From Desulfobulbaceae bacterium (lineage in GTDB: Bacteria; Desulfobacterota; Desulfobulbia; Desulfobulbales; SURF-16), in assembly GCA_027859235.1 (NCBI GenBank), contig JAQIBE010000103.1, forward strand, positions 4,321 to 68,320: a stretch of 64,000 nt of DNA. Reading direction: 5' to 3'. The position numbers and the translations under genes are program-made. The first letter of the stretch is position 1, and every line of letters starts with the position of its first letter. The notes beneath the pieces are model-generated. The model was given only the letters and a program-made list of their open reading frames with translations, had not been told where the DNA came from and searched no databases. Positions 56,873-64,000 of this stretch are shown here, piece after piece.

Positions 56873-58510
56873 ATGAAAATTGGACTCATCCAGCTGAACC
56901 CGGTTATTGGTGATTTCGCCAGTAACGGTCGTGTCATTAAAGAATGGGCAGCCAAGGCTGTTGCCCAGGGTGCTGAACTTCTTGTCTTCCCGGAGCTTGC
57001 CCTCTGCGGCTACCCCCCCCAGGACTATCTTGAACACCCTGAGTTTATTCGCCAGCAGAACCTGCTCCTGCAGGAGCTGATCGATGCCATTCAGGATGTG
57101 CCGGTTCTCCTTGGTGCCTTCACCGAGAACCCCTCCCGGCAGGGCAAAAGGCTCTTTAATGCCGGCATCCTCTTCCACCGGGGGGAAGTCCTGTTCACCA
57201 GCCATAAAAAGCTCCTGCCCACCTATGATGTCTTTGATGAACAGCGTTATTTTGAACCGGGCAGAACAAGCCAGTTCCTTCAGCTGGGCGGCAAGAATAT
57301 CGGCATCACCATCTGTGAAGATCTTTTCAATGATCCGGACATCTATCCTGAACAGCTGTATAAAACCGACCCCATTGGCCTCCTGCATGACGAGGATGAG
57401 CTCGACTTCATGATTAATATTGCCGCGTCCCCCTATACCTTGGGCAAGGATAAAACACGCATTAGGGATTTTGGCAGCATTTGCCGGAAATACCAGACCC
57501 CGTTGCTCTATTGCAATCAGGTGGGGGCACAGGACTCTCTCCTCTTTGACGGCGGGAGCTTTGTCCTGGATCAAACCGGAGCCCTCTGCGGTCAGGCCGC
57601 CTCATTTCAAGAAGGGCTGCTGCTGGTGGACACCGACAGACTGGTGAAGATGGATGTTGCTCCGACATCAGACCTGCAGCAGGTTTACGATGCCCTGGTC
57701 ATGGGAACCCGTGACTATGTCAGGAAATGTGGCTTTTCCAAGGCCATTGTCGGCTTAAGCGGCGGCATTGACTCCGCACTCACCTGTGCGATCGGCTGTG
57801 ATGCCTTGGGGGCTGAGAACATCCTGGGGGTCACCCTGCCCTCACCCTACTCCTCCCAGGGTTCAGTTGCTGACAGCCTGGCTCTTGCCCAGAACCTGGG
57901 AATCACCTGTCACACCCTGCCCATTGCGGATATCTTCGCCGCCTTCAAAACAGGTCTGGCCCCATTTTTTGGCGACAGGGAGGACGACGTCACAGAGCAG
58001 AACCTGCAGGCCCGAAGTCGCGGGGTCCTCCTCATGGCTCTGGCCAATAAATTCGGTTCATTACTCCTCACAACGGGAAACAAGTCCGAACTTGCAGTGG
58101 GATACTGCACACTCTATGGCGATATGAGCGGCGCCCTTGCGGTAATTTCCGACGTCCCCAAGATGCTGGTGTATGAGCTTGCAAGATACATCAACCGCGC
58201 AGAGGAAACCATCCCCCTAAACACCATTGATAAACCACCCTCAGCCGAGCTTGCCCCGGCCCAGACCGACCAGGACGATCTGCCCCCCTACCATATCCTT
58301 GATCCCATTCTGGCCGCCTATCTGGAAGAACATCTGCCCATAAGCGCAATTGTAGAGCAAGGTTTTGCTGAAGCAGTGGTGGAAGATATCGTCCGGAGAA
58401 TAAAGATCAACGAGTACAAGCGCAAGCAGGGGGCCATGGGGCTCAAGGTGACCTCCAAGGCCTTCGGCTTCGGCAGGAGATACCCCAATGCTCAGGGGTT
58501 TAGGGAATGA
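56873..58510 (+). CDS. nadE: Glutamine-dependent NAD+ synthetase (CN-hydrolase domain plus NAD synthetase domain)
   Basis: The nitrilase-type N-terminal half has the FPELALCGY motif. The synthetase half has the SGGIDS PP-loop. Confidence 0.9.
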   Translation: MKIGLIQLNPVIGDFASNGRVIKEWAAKAVAQGAELLVFPELALCGYPPQDYLEHPEFIRQQNLLLQELIDAIQDVPVLLGAFTENPSRQGKRLFNAGILFHRGEVLFTSHKKLLPTYDVFDEQRYFEPGRTSQFLQLGGKNIGITICEDLFNDPDIYPEQLYKTDPIGLLHDEDELDFMINIAASPYTLGKDKTRIRDFGSICRKYQTPLLYCNQVGAQDSLLFDGGSFVLDQTGALCGQAASFQEGLLLVDTDRLVKMDVAPTSDLQQVYDALVMGTRDYVRKCGFSKAIVGLSGGIDSALTCAIGCDALGAENILGVTLPSPYSSQGSVADSLALAQNLGITCHTLPIADIFAAFKTGLAPFFGDREDDVTEQNLQARSRGVLLMALANKFGSLLLTTGNKSELAVGYCTLYGDMSGALAVISDVPKMLVYELARYINRAEETIPLNTIDKPPSAELAPAQTDQDDLPPYHILDPILAAYLEEHLPISAIVEQGFAEAVVEDIVRRIKINEYKRKQGAMGLKVTSKAFGFGRRYPNAQGFRE

Positions 58511-58577
58511 GGTGTGAGGCGTGAGGAGTGAGGCGTTAGACGTTAATTGAGGTGTAACATTTCACCCCTCACACCTC
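58509..58577. terminator. GTGAGG-repeat hairpin in a convergent intergenic gap (same motif family as 17969-18064)
   Basis: GAGGTGTGAGG (58509-58519) is the perfect complement of CCTCACACCTC (58567-58577). GTGAGG units are repeated in between. Confidence 0.45.
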
Positions 58578-58589
58578 ATCCCTAACAAC

Positions 58590-59195
58590 TCACTTACAAT
58601 AAGAAAAATCAGGTGCGCCCTTCAGGATCATTTCAGCAATGGTCAGCTTGACCTTGGGTAAGATCTGGCGCTTCACCCCGAGCCATTCCATTTCAAGCTG
58701 GATAAATTCCTGAAAGAAACGAGTGCGGTCCATGCGCACCACATCCTCAGTATCACCGGTAATTTCCTGACAGCGAAAACAGCCGGGGAATTTAAAGAGC
58801 TGACCATCGGGCCGGGTCATGGACGCGGGAACACCATGCAGACGGCAGATGAGCAAACGATGCTTATACGCCGTGCACAGACCATCTGCACACAGGGGGC
58901 ACATCTCCTGGGGGCGTTCATCCCGGGCTATGGCCTCTTTGGCCTTAAGGTCATAATCCGCCGCGCGTTTGACAATTTCTCCGCGCTCTTCCTCGGAGAG
59001 GAGCATCAAACCTTCCCAGAGATACGCCCATTCCGTGTAGGTATGATGCTGGAAATAGGAGTCACAGCAATTATCAGGGCAATCTGCACAGGAAAAAGAA
59101 AGTTCCTGCGCCACAACATCATACGCCACCTCCATGGCCTCATATAATGCACCAACCTTATTGGCAATATCTACTGGTAAAAGAGAATTACTCAT
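58590..59195 (-). CDS. YkgJ-family (UPF0153) cysteine-cluster protein
   Basis: CADCPDNCCDSYF (CxxCxxCC) and further Cys motifs (CPLCADGLCTAY). Confidence 0.7.
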   Translation of the reverse strand: MSNSLLPVDIANKVGALYEAMEVAYDVVAQELSFSCADCPDNCCDSYFQHHTYTEWAYLWEGLMLLSEEERGEIVKRAADYDLKAKEAIARDERPQEMCPLCADGLCTAYKHRLLICRLHGVPASMTRPDGQLFKFPGCFRCQEITGDTEDVVRMDRTRFFQEFIQLEMEWLGVKRQILPKVKLTIAEMILKGAPDFSYCK

Positions 59196-59335
59196 GGTAA
59201 CGACTGCTCCATAGAATGGTTTTTTAAAGAGAAATGGTCGCCAACCATACTGGATCGCGGTGATTTTGGCTAAATTTTATTTTAAATGAAGGGTTCAGCC
59301 TCAACACCCCACCCCACCAACAAAAAGGAACCCCC

Positions 59336-60691
59336 ATGTCCAGACTTCCCTGTTTCAAGGCCTATGATATCCGCGGCAAAGTACCCGATGAGCTCAATGA
59401 GGAACTGGCCTTTCATATCGGTCAGGCGTACGCGGCCCGCTTCAAGCCGCAGAAAATGGCCGTGGCCCATGACATCCGTCTATCAGGCCCCGCCTTGACC
59501 AAATCACTCACAGAGGGGTTCATCCAGGCCGGGGTGGATGTGGTCAATATCGGCGAATGCGGCACCGAAGAAATCTACCATGCCGCCTTTTCCATGGACG
59601 ACGTGGATGGGGGCATTATCGTCACGGCAAGCCATAATCCGGCGGAGTACAACGGCATGAAGATGGTACGCAAGGGCGCTGTACCTGTCAGTGGCGACAC
59701 CGGTCTTTTTGACATTGAAGAGATGGTCCGACATAAAGAAACGGTCAGAGCAGCCCGGCCGGGAACCCTGTCTACCTTCAACAACCGGCCCGCCTATATT
59801 GAGCATCTTCTCAGCTATGTGGATCTCAACAAGCTTACCCCTTTGAAACTTGTGGTGAATCCCGGCAACGGCAACGCTGGCCCCATCATTGATCTTTTGG
59901 AACAACATCTGCCCTTTGAATTTATCCGACTGCAGGAAACACCTGACGGTAACTTTCCAAACGGCGTACCCAACCCGCTTCTTCCAGAGAATCGTGCCAT
60001 TACAGGTGAAGCGGTCAAAACACATGGGGCCCACATGGGCATTGCCTGGGATGGTGATTTTGACCGCTGCTTCCTCTTTGACGAAAATGGCACGTTCATC
60101 GAAGGCTATTATATTGTCGGGCTGCTCGCCACAGCCATGCTGAAAAGAGATCCCGGCGCCAAAATAATCCATGACCCTCGCCTCACCTGGAATACCCAAG
60201 AGCTTGTGTCAGGACTTGGCGGCACCCCTGTTCTGACCAAGACAGGCCATGCCTTTATTAAAGAACGGATGCGCAAGGAGGATGCGATCTATGGCGGGGA
60301 GATGAGTGCCCATCATTATTTCCGCGATTTCGCCTACTGCGATTCAGGCATGATCCCCTGGCTTCTCGTCAGCGAGATGCTGTCCGTGAACCCGACCCCC
60401 CTGTCACAACTCGTGGCAGACCGCATGGCCGCCTACCCTGTGAGCGGTGAGATTAACAACAGGGTCAAGGACCCGGATGGGATTATCCGCAAGGTGGAGG
60501 AGACCTATGGAGCCTCTGCCCTTGAAATTGACTACACCGATGGCCTGTCCATGACCTTTGACAGGTTCAGGTTCAACATCAGAAAATCAAACACCGAACC
60601 GGTCCTGCGGCTCAATGTGGAGTCCCGGGCTGATGTCGCGCTCATGCGCCAAAAAACAGATGAGTTGCTCAAGATTATTACAGCGGGATAA
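59336..60691 (+). CDS. manB: Phosphomannomutase / phosphoglucomutase (alpha-D-phosphohexomutase family)
   Basis: The N-terminus [18 protein letters not shown] is ManB/CpsG-like. The active-site loop is [13 protein letters not shown] and the metal loop is DGDFDR. Confidence 0.85.
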   Translation: MSRLPCFKAYDIRGKVPDELNEELAFHIGQAYAARFKPQKMAVAHDIRLSGPALTKSLTEGFIQAGVDVVNIGECGTEEIYHAAFSMDDVDGGIIVTASHNPAEYNGMKMVRKGAVPVSGDTGLFDIEEMVRHKETVRAARPGTLSTFNNRPAYIEHLLSYVDLNKLTPLKLVVNPGNGNAGPIIDLLEQHLPFEFIRLQETPDGNFPNGVPNPLLPENRAITGEAVKTHGAHMGIAWDGDFDRCFLFDENGTFIEGYYIVGLLATAMLKRDPGAKIIHDPRLTWNTQELVSGLGGTPVLTKTGHAFIKERMRKEDAIYGGEMSAHHYFRDFAYCDSGMIPWLLVSEMLSVNPTPLSQLVADRMAAYPVSGEINNRVKDPDGIIRKVEETYGASALEIDYTDGLSMTFDRFRFNIRKSNTEPVLRLNVESRADVALMRQKTDELLKIITAG

Positions 60692-60715
60692 GAAACAGGG
60701 CTGCCAATAAAAAGA

Positions 60716-60750
60716 AAGCCCGACGCTGGGAGAAGCGCCGGGCTTTTTCA
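60716..60750 (+). terminator. Rho-independent terminator after the PMM gene
   Basis: AAAGCCCGACGC tgggagaa GCGCCGGGCTTTTT, with one mismatch in the stem. Confidence 0.7.
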
Positions 60751-61044
60751 TTTCCCCGTGGGATACAGGGGAAATAGGAGAAAAAATGAAGAAAGGAGTG
60801 ACTGCATTTTGTCGCTACGCAACTCATACAGTCATAGTTATAAGAGACCCCTCCATATAAAAGGTTCCTTTTTTTATGCAAAAAAACATTTTATCTTTTC
60901 TACACCCCTGCACATCATGTCACAGACAGGGGGAAATCCCTTGCCACCACCGGTGTCAAGGGACTCTTTCACCATGCCACTTCAGCCAAGGATATGAACA
61001 TTATTAGTTTTGACAGAGTTTCAGCGTGAAGTTTACGGTTTACG

Positions 61045-61121
61045 GTTGCCAGTTTACGGTTCAAGGTAAAATTAATCAGATAACGTCAACATCCACGAAC
61101 TGTAAACGGTAAACTGGCAAC
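61045..61121. repeat. Long hairpin built from GTTTACG-type tandem units in a convergent intergenic gap
   Basis: GTTGCCAGTTTAC (61045-61057) is the perfect complement of GTAAACTGGCAAC (61109-61121). GTTTACGGTTTACGG tandem units flank the left arm, and TGTAAACGGTAAAC lies on the right. Confidence 0.6.
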
Positions 61122-61213
61122 TGGTTAGCAGAACAGAATATTGTTTGACACTCTCTAAGTTCGGCTGAAGTTGGGTGGTAATCATAAACCAAAACATATT
61201 TCAGGCTAGATCC

Positions 61214-63439
61214 CTACAACCCGTCAATAATTTTATTAAACGTTGCACTTGGCCGCATGGCACCAGAGAGCTTGACCGGCTCCGGCATAAAATAACCGCC
61301 AATATCAACAGGTTTTCCCTGACAGGTCAGCAGCTCTTCGACAATAACCGCTTCATTATCGGTAAGGTCCCGGGCCACAGCTGTAAACTTCGTGGCTAAC
61401 TCACCATCCTTTGTCTGGGAGGCGAGAGCCCTTGCCCAGCAGAGTGATAGATAGAAATGACTGCCGCGGGTATCCAGTTCATTTACCTTCCGGGATGGCG
61501 ACTTCTCCATTGCCAGAAAATCACCGATGGCCTGATCCAGGGTCTCGGCAAAGAGGGTTGCCTTCTCATTATGATAGGTGGCGTAAATATGTTCAAAGGA
61601 GGGCACCATGGCGCAGAACTCACCCAGTGAATCCCAACGCAGATGACCTTGCTCAATAAACTGCCGCACATGCTTCGGGGCAGAACCGCCTGCCCCTGTC
61701 TCAAACAGGCCACCGCCGTTCATGAGGGGGACGATGGAAAGCATCTTGGCGCTGGTGCCAAGTTCCAGGATTGGAAAGAGATCGGTCAGATAGTCGCGCA
61801 GGACATTGCCGGTGACCGAAATCGTATCCTCACCCCTTCTAATGCGGGAAAGGGACTCCTGCATACCTGCCACAGGGGTCACAACACGGAGATCAAGACC
61901 CTCTGTATCATGATTTGGCAGATACTCGTACACCTTGGCAATAATCTCGGCATCATGACCGCGCTGCGGATCAAGCCAGAATAAGGCAGGGGTGCCAGTG
62001 GCACGGGCCCGGTTCACGGCAAGCTTAACCCAGTCCTGAATGGGCGCATCCTTGGTTTGACACATGCGAAAGATATCGCCCTCCTCTACCGGCTGCTCAA
62101 GGAGTATTGTCTTCCCCGAATCAACCACACGAATCACACCATTTCCAGGGGCCGCAAAGGTCTTATCATGGGAACCATACTCCTCAGCCTTCTGGGCCAT
62201 GAGGCCGACATTAGAGACGCTGCCCATGGTGGCGGGGTCAAAGGCACCGTTCTTCTGGCAGTCCAGCACCACCTCCTGGTAAATCGTGGCATAACAGCGA
62301 TCAGGGATCATGGCATTGGTGTCGTGCAGCTTATCGTCCGGTCCCCACATCCTGCCGCCATCACGAATGACAACGGGTACCGAGGCATCAACAATAATGT
62401 TATTGGGCAGATGGAGGTTGGTGATACCCTTGGCTGAATCCACCATGGCCAGTTCACCATTGGTTCCATACACCGCCATGATATCGGCCTTAATCTCTTC
62501 CTGCTGTGCGTCCGGTAACGACTCGATGCGCTCATACACATCGGCAAGACCATTATTGACATTGACGCCAAGCTCCGCCAGAACCTTGCCATGTTTAACA
62601 AAGACATCCTTATAGAACACGGAGACACAATGACCGAACATAATGGGATCAGACACCTTCATCATGGTGGCCTTCAGATGCAGGGACAGGAGTACACCAT
62701 CCTTTTTAGCCGCCTCAATCTGCTCCGCATAAAAATCACGTAACCGACGGACATTCATCACCGCAGCATCAATCACTTCACCGGCAAGAAGAGGAATCTG
62801 GCCATTTAAGACGGTGACCGCGCCATCAGGCGCAACATATTCAATCCGGGCATCACCTGGCCCATCCACGGTGGTGGATTGCTCTGTGGCGTAGAAATCG
62901 CCGTCGTTCATGTGGCTCACCCTGCATTTCGATACCTCAGGCCACGGTTTCATCATGCGGTGGGGATTCTTCTGGCCGAACTTTTTAACGGAAGCGGCAG
63001 CCCTGCGATCTGAATTCCCTTCGCGCAGGACAGGATTCACCGCACTGCCGAGCACCTTGGCATAACGGCTATGCAGTTCTTTTTCTTCAGGAGTCTTAGG
63101 CTCAGCAGGATAACTGGGCACATTATAGCCTTTACCCTGCAGCTCTTGAATCGCCGCAATGAGTTGCGAAATGGTGGCGCTGATATTGGGCAGTTTAATG
63201 ATATTGGTTGACGGCTCCTTAACACGGTTGCCCAGTTCACTTAAGTCATCGGGGATCTGCTGCTCAGGGGTGAGATTCTCGGGGAAATTGGCAAGGATGC
63301 GGCCAGCAAGGGAAATATCCTTTTCCACCAGTGAAAAGCCGGATCCCCTGGTGAAGCCCTGCAGTATGGGGAGTAATGAACAGGACGCCAGGGCAGGCGC
63401 CTCATCAATCTTCGTATAGATAATCTCTTGGGTGCTCAT
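61214..63439 (-). CDS. icd: Monomeric NADP-dependent isocitrate dehydrogenase
   Basis: 741 aa. The N-terminus [20 protein letters not shown] matches the monomeric IDH family (Azotobacter type). Confidence 0.9.
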   Translation of the reverse strand: MSTQEIIYTKIDEAPALASCSLLPILQGFTRGSGFSLVEKDISLAGRILANFPENLTPEQQIPDDLSELGNRVKEPSTNIIKLPNISATISQLIAAIQELQGKGYNVPSYPAEPKTPEEKELHSRYAKVLGSAVNPVLREGNSDRRAAASVKKFGQKNPHRMMKPWPEVSKCRVSHMNDGDFYATEQSTTVDGPGDARIEYVAPDGAVTVLNGQIPLLAGEVIDAAVMNVRRLRDFYAEQIEAAKKDGVLLSLHLKATMMKVSDPIMFGHCVSVFYKDVFVKHGKVLAELGVNVNNGLADVYERIESLPDAQQEEIKADIMAVYGTNGELAMVDSAKGITNLHLPNNIIVDASVPVVIRDGGRMWGPDDKLHDTNAMIPDRCYATIYQEVVLDCQKNGAFDPATMGSVSNVGLMAQKAEEYGSHDKTFAAPGNGVIRVVDSGKTILLEQPVEEGDIFRMCQTKDAPIQDWVKLAVNRARATGTPALFWLDPQRGHDAEIIAKVYEYLPNHDTEGLDLRVVTPVAGMQESLSRIRRGEDTISVTGNVLRDYLTDLFPILELGTSAKMLSIVPLMNGGGLFETGAGGSAPKHVRQFIEQGHLRWDSLGEFCAMVPSFEHIYATYHNEKATLFAETLDQAIGDFLAMEKSPSRKVNELDTRGSHFYLSLCWARALASQTKDGELATKFTAVARDLTDNEAVIVEELLTCQGKPVDIGGYFMPEPVKLSGAMRPSATFNKIIDGL

Positions 63440-63571
63440 GTCATGTCCTCACATTTTTTATGATCCATCATTATATAGTGTACGAAAGGCGCTATCATAT
63501 ACGATTTGCTCCTGCAAAGCCATATTGAAACTAAATCCTTGCAGATGAGATGTATCCATCGATGGTTTAAA

Positions 63572-63612
63572 CAAAAAAAGAGGGGAAATCTGGATAACCA
63601 GATTTCCCCCTT
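63572..63612 (-). terminator. Rho-independent terminator after dnaA
   Basis: GGGGAAATCTGG ttat CCAGATTTCCCC, followed on the minus strand by TCTTTTTTTGT. Confidence 0.75.
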
Positions 63613-63636
63613 TACCATTTTTATCGGCTGGATATC

Positions 63637-64000
63637 TTACAGGAATTTCTTCTCCAACTTATCCGACAGGAGTTCAATCTGGCCGCGGGTTGAACCATCA
63701 CGGGCAATTTGTTCTGTAATCTTCCGCACCGCATGCACCACGGTGGAGTGATCCCGGTTCACCGCCTTGCCTATTTCAGACAGGGGCAGTTCCGTATGTT
63801 TCCGGGCCAGATACATGCAGACCTGCCGGGGAAAGGCGACAATACGTTTCCGGGATTTTGACTGCAGTTCGTTAAGCGTCAGCTGAAATTGTCCCGCAAT
63901 AAAATCACGGATCATTTCAGCCGACATCTGCCGATGCTGACCAATCACGGCCTGCAGCGTCTCCTTCACCATGGACAAATCAGGATTGACCTTAAATAGA
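63637..64000 (-). CDS. dnaA: Chromosomal replication initiator DnaA, C-terminal DNA-binding domain only (the gene continues beyond the right window edge)
   Basis: FPRQVCMYLARKHTELPLSEIGKAVNRDHSTVVHAVRKI is the DnaA domain IV signature. The frame stays open to nt 64000. Confidence 0.85.
   Translation of the reverse strand, partial: LFKVNPDLSMVKETLQAVIGQHRQMSAEMIRDFIAGQFQLTLNELQSKSRKRIVAFPRQVCMYLARKHTELPLSEIGKAVNRDHSTVVHAVRKITEQIARDGSTRGQIELLSDKLEKKFL

Noticed and set aside
56816-57574. 252-aa minus-strand ORF overlapping the 5' half of nadE
   Set aside because: It lies fully antisense to a well-supported nadE coding region, and its sequence is low-complexity and mirror-like. I treat it as a shadow ORF. 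The same reasoning applies to the other long antisense ORFs in the track: 45378-45971 in mreB, 20183-21631 in pnp, 27186-27914 in infB, 59504-60199 in the PMM gene, 19350-19928 in the M16 peptidase gene, 48884-49444 in mrdA, and 54145-54726 in the radical SAM gene.
63440-63636. oriC or DnaA boxes in the icd-dnaA intergenic region
   Set aside because: The only near-match to TTATCCACA is TTATCCAGA, and it forms the loop and stem of the dnaA terminator. There is no cluster of boxes and no AT-rich unwinding element.

Overview
The window has two parts. Nt 1 to about 12,750 is a visibly AT-richer accessory or defence-type island (GC judged by eye, not computed). The rest, about 12,750-64,000, is conserved chromosomal backbone. 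I found no integrase, transposase, CRISPR array or rRNA.

Island content:
- A partial DUF3883-like nuclease-domain protein, translationally coupled to a NERD-SF1 helicase.
- A minus-strand module of a 483-aa helical protein, an Hsp70/actin-fold ATPase and possibly a 137-aa acidic protein. It sits where a type I R-M hsdM gene has been cut down to an N-terminal stub next to an Mrr-family endonuclease.
- An AT-rich orphan gene.
- Two type II toxin-antitoxin pairs (Phd/YefM-ParE and HigB-HigA).
- Several families of intergenic repeats that bracket these units. Some fold into attC-like imperfect hairpins.

Backbone content:
- A cobamide lower-ligand operon: MBL hydrolase, CbiR-like, cobT, cobS, J-domain protein.
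- dut, an M16 peptidase, and the pnp-rpsO-truB-nrnA-rbfA-infB-ylxR-nusA-rimP block.
- A complex I operon (nuoABCDHIJK...MN) that lacks nuoEFG and carries four antiporter-like subunits.
- mpl, tRNA-Ala(GGC), and mreBCD-mrdA-rodA.
- Heme genes: hemH, hemE and a radical SAM/SPASM protein.
- PIN-PhoH, nadE, manB-like PMM, monomeric icd, and the 3' end of dnaA at the right edge.

Gene content suggests a Desulfobacterota-like (deltaproteobacterial) anaerobe; this is inference only.

The best candidate for an undescribed system is the Hsp70-fold ATPase module at about 3.5-7.6 kb. The DUF3883/NERD-helicase pair is second.
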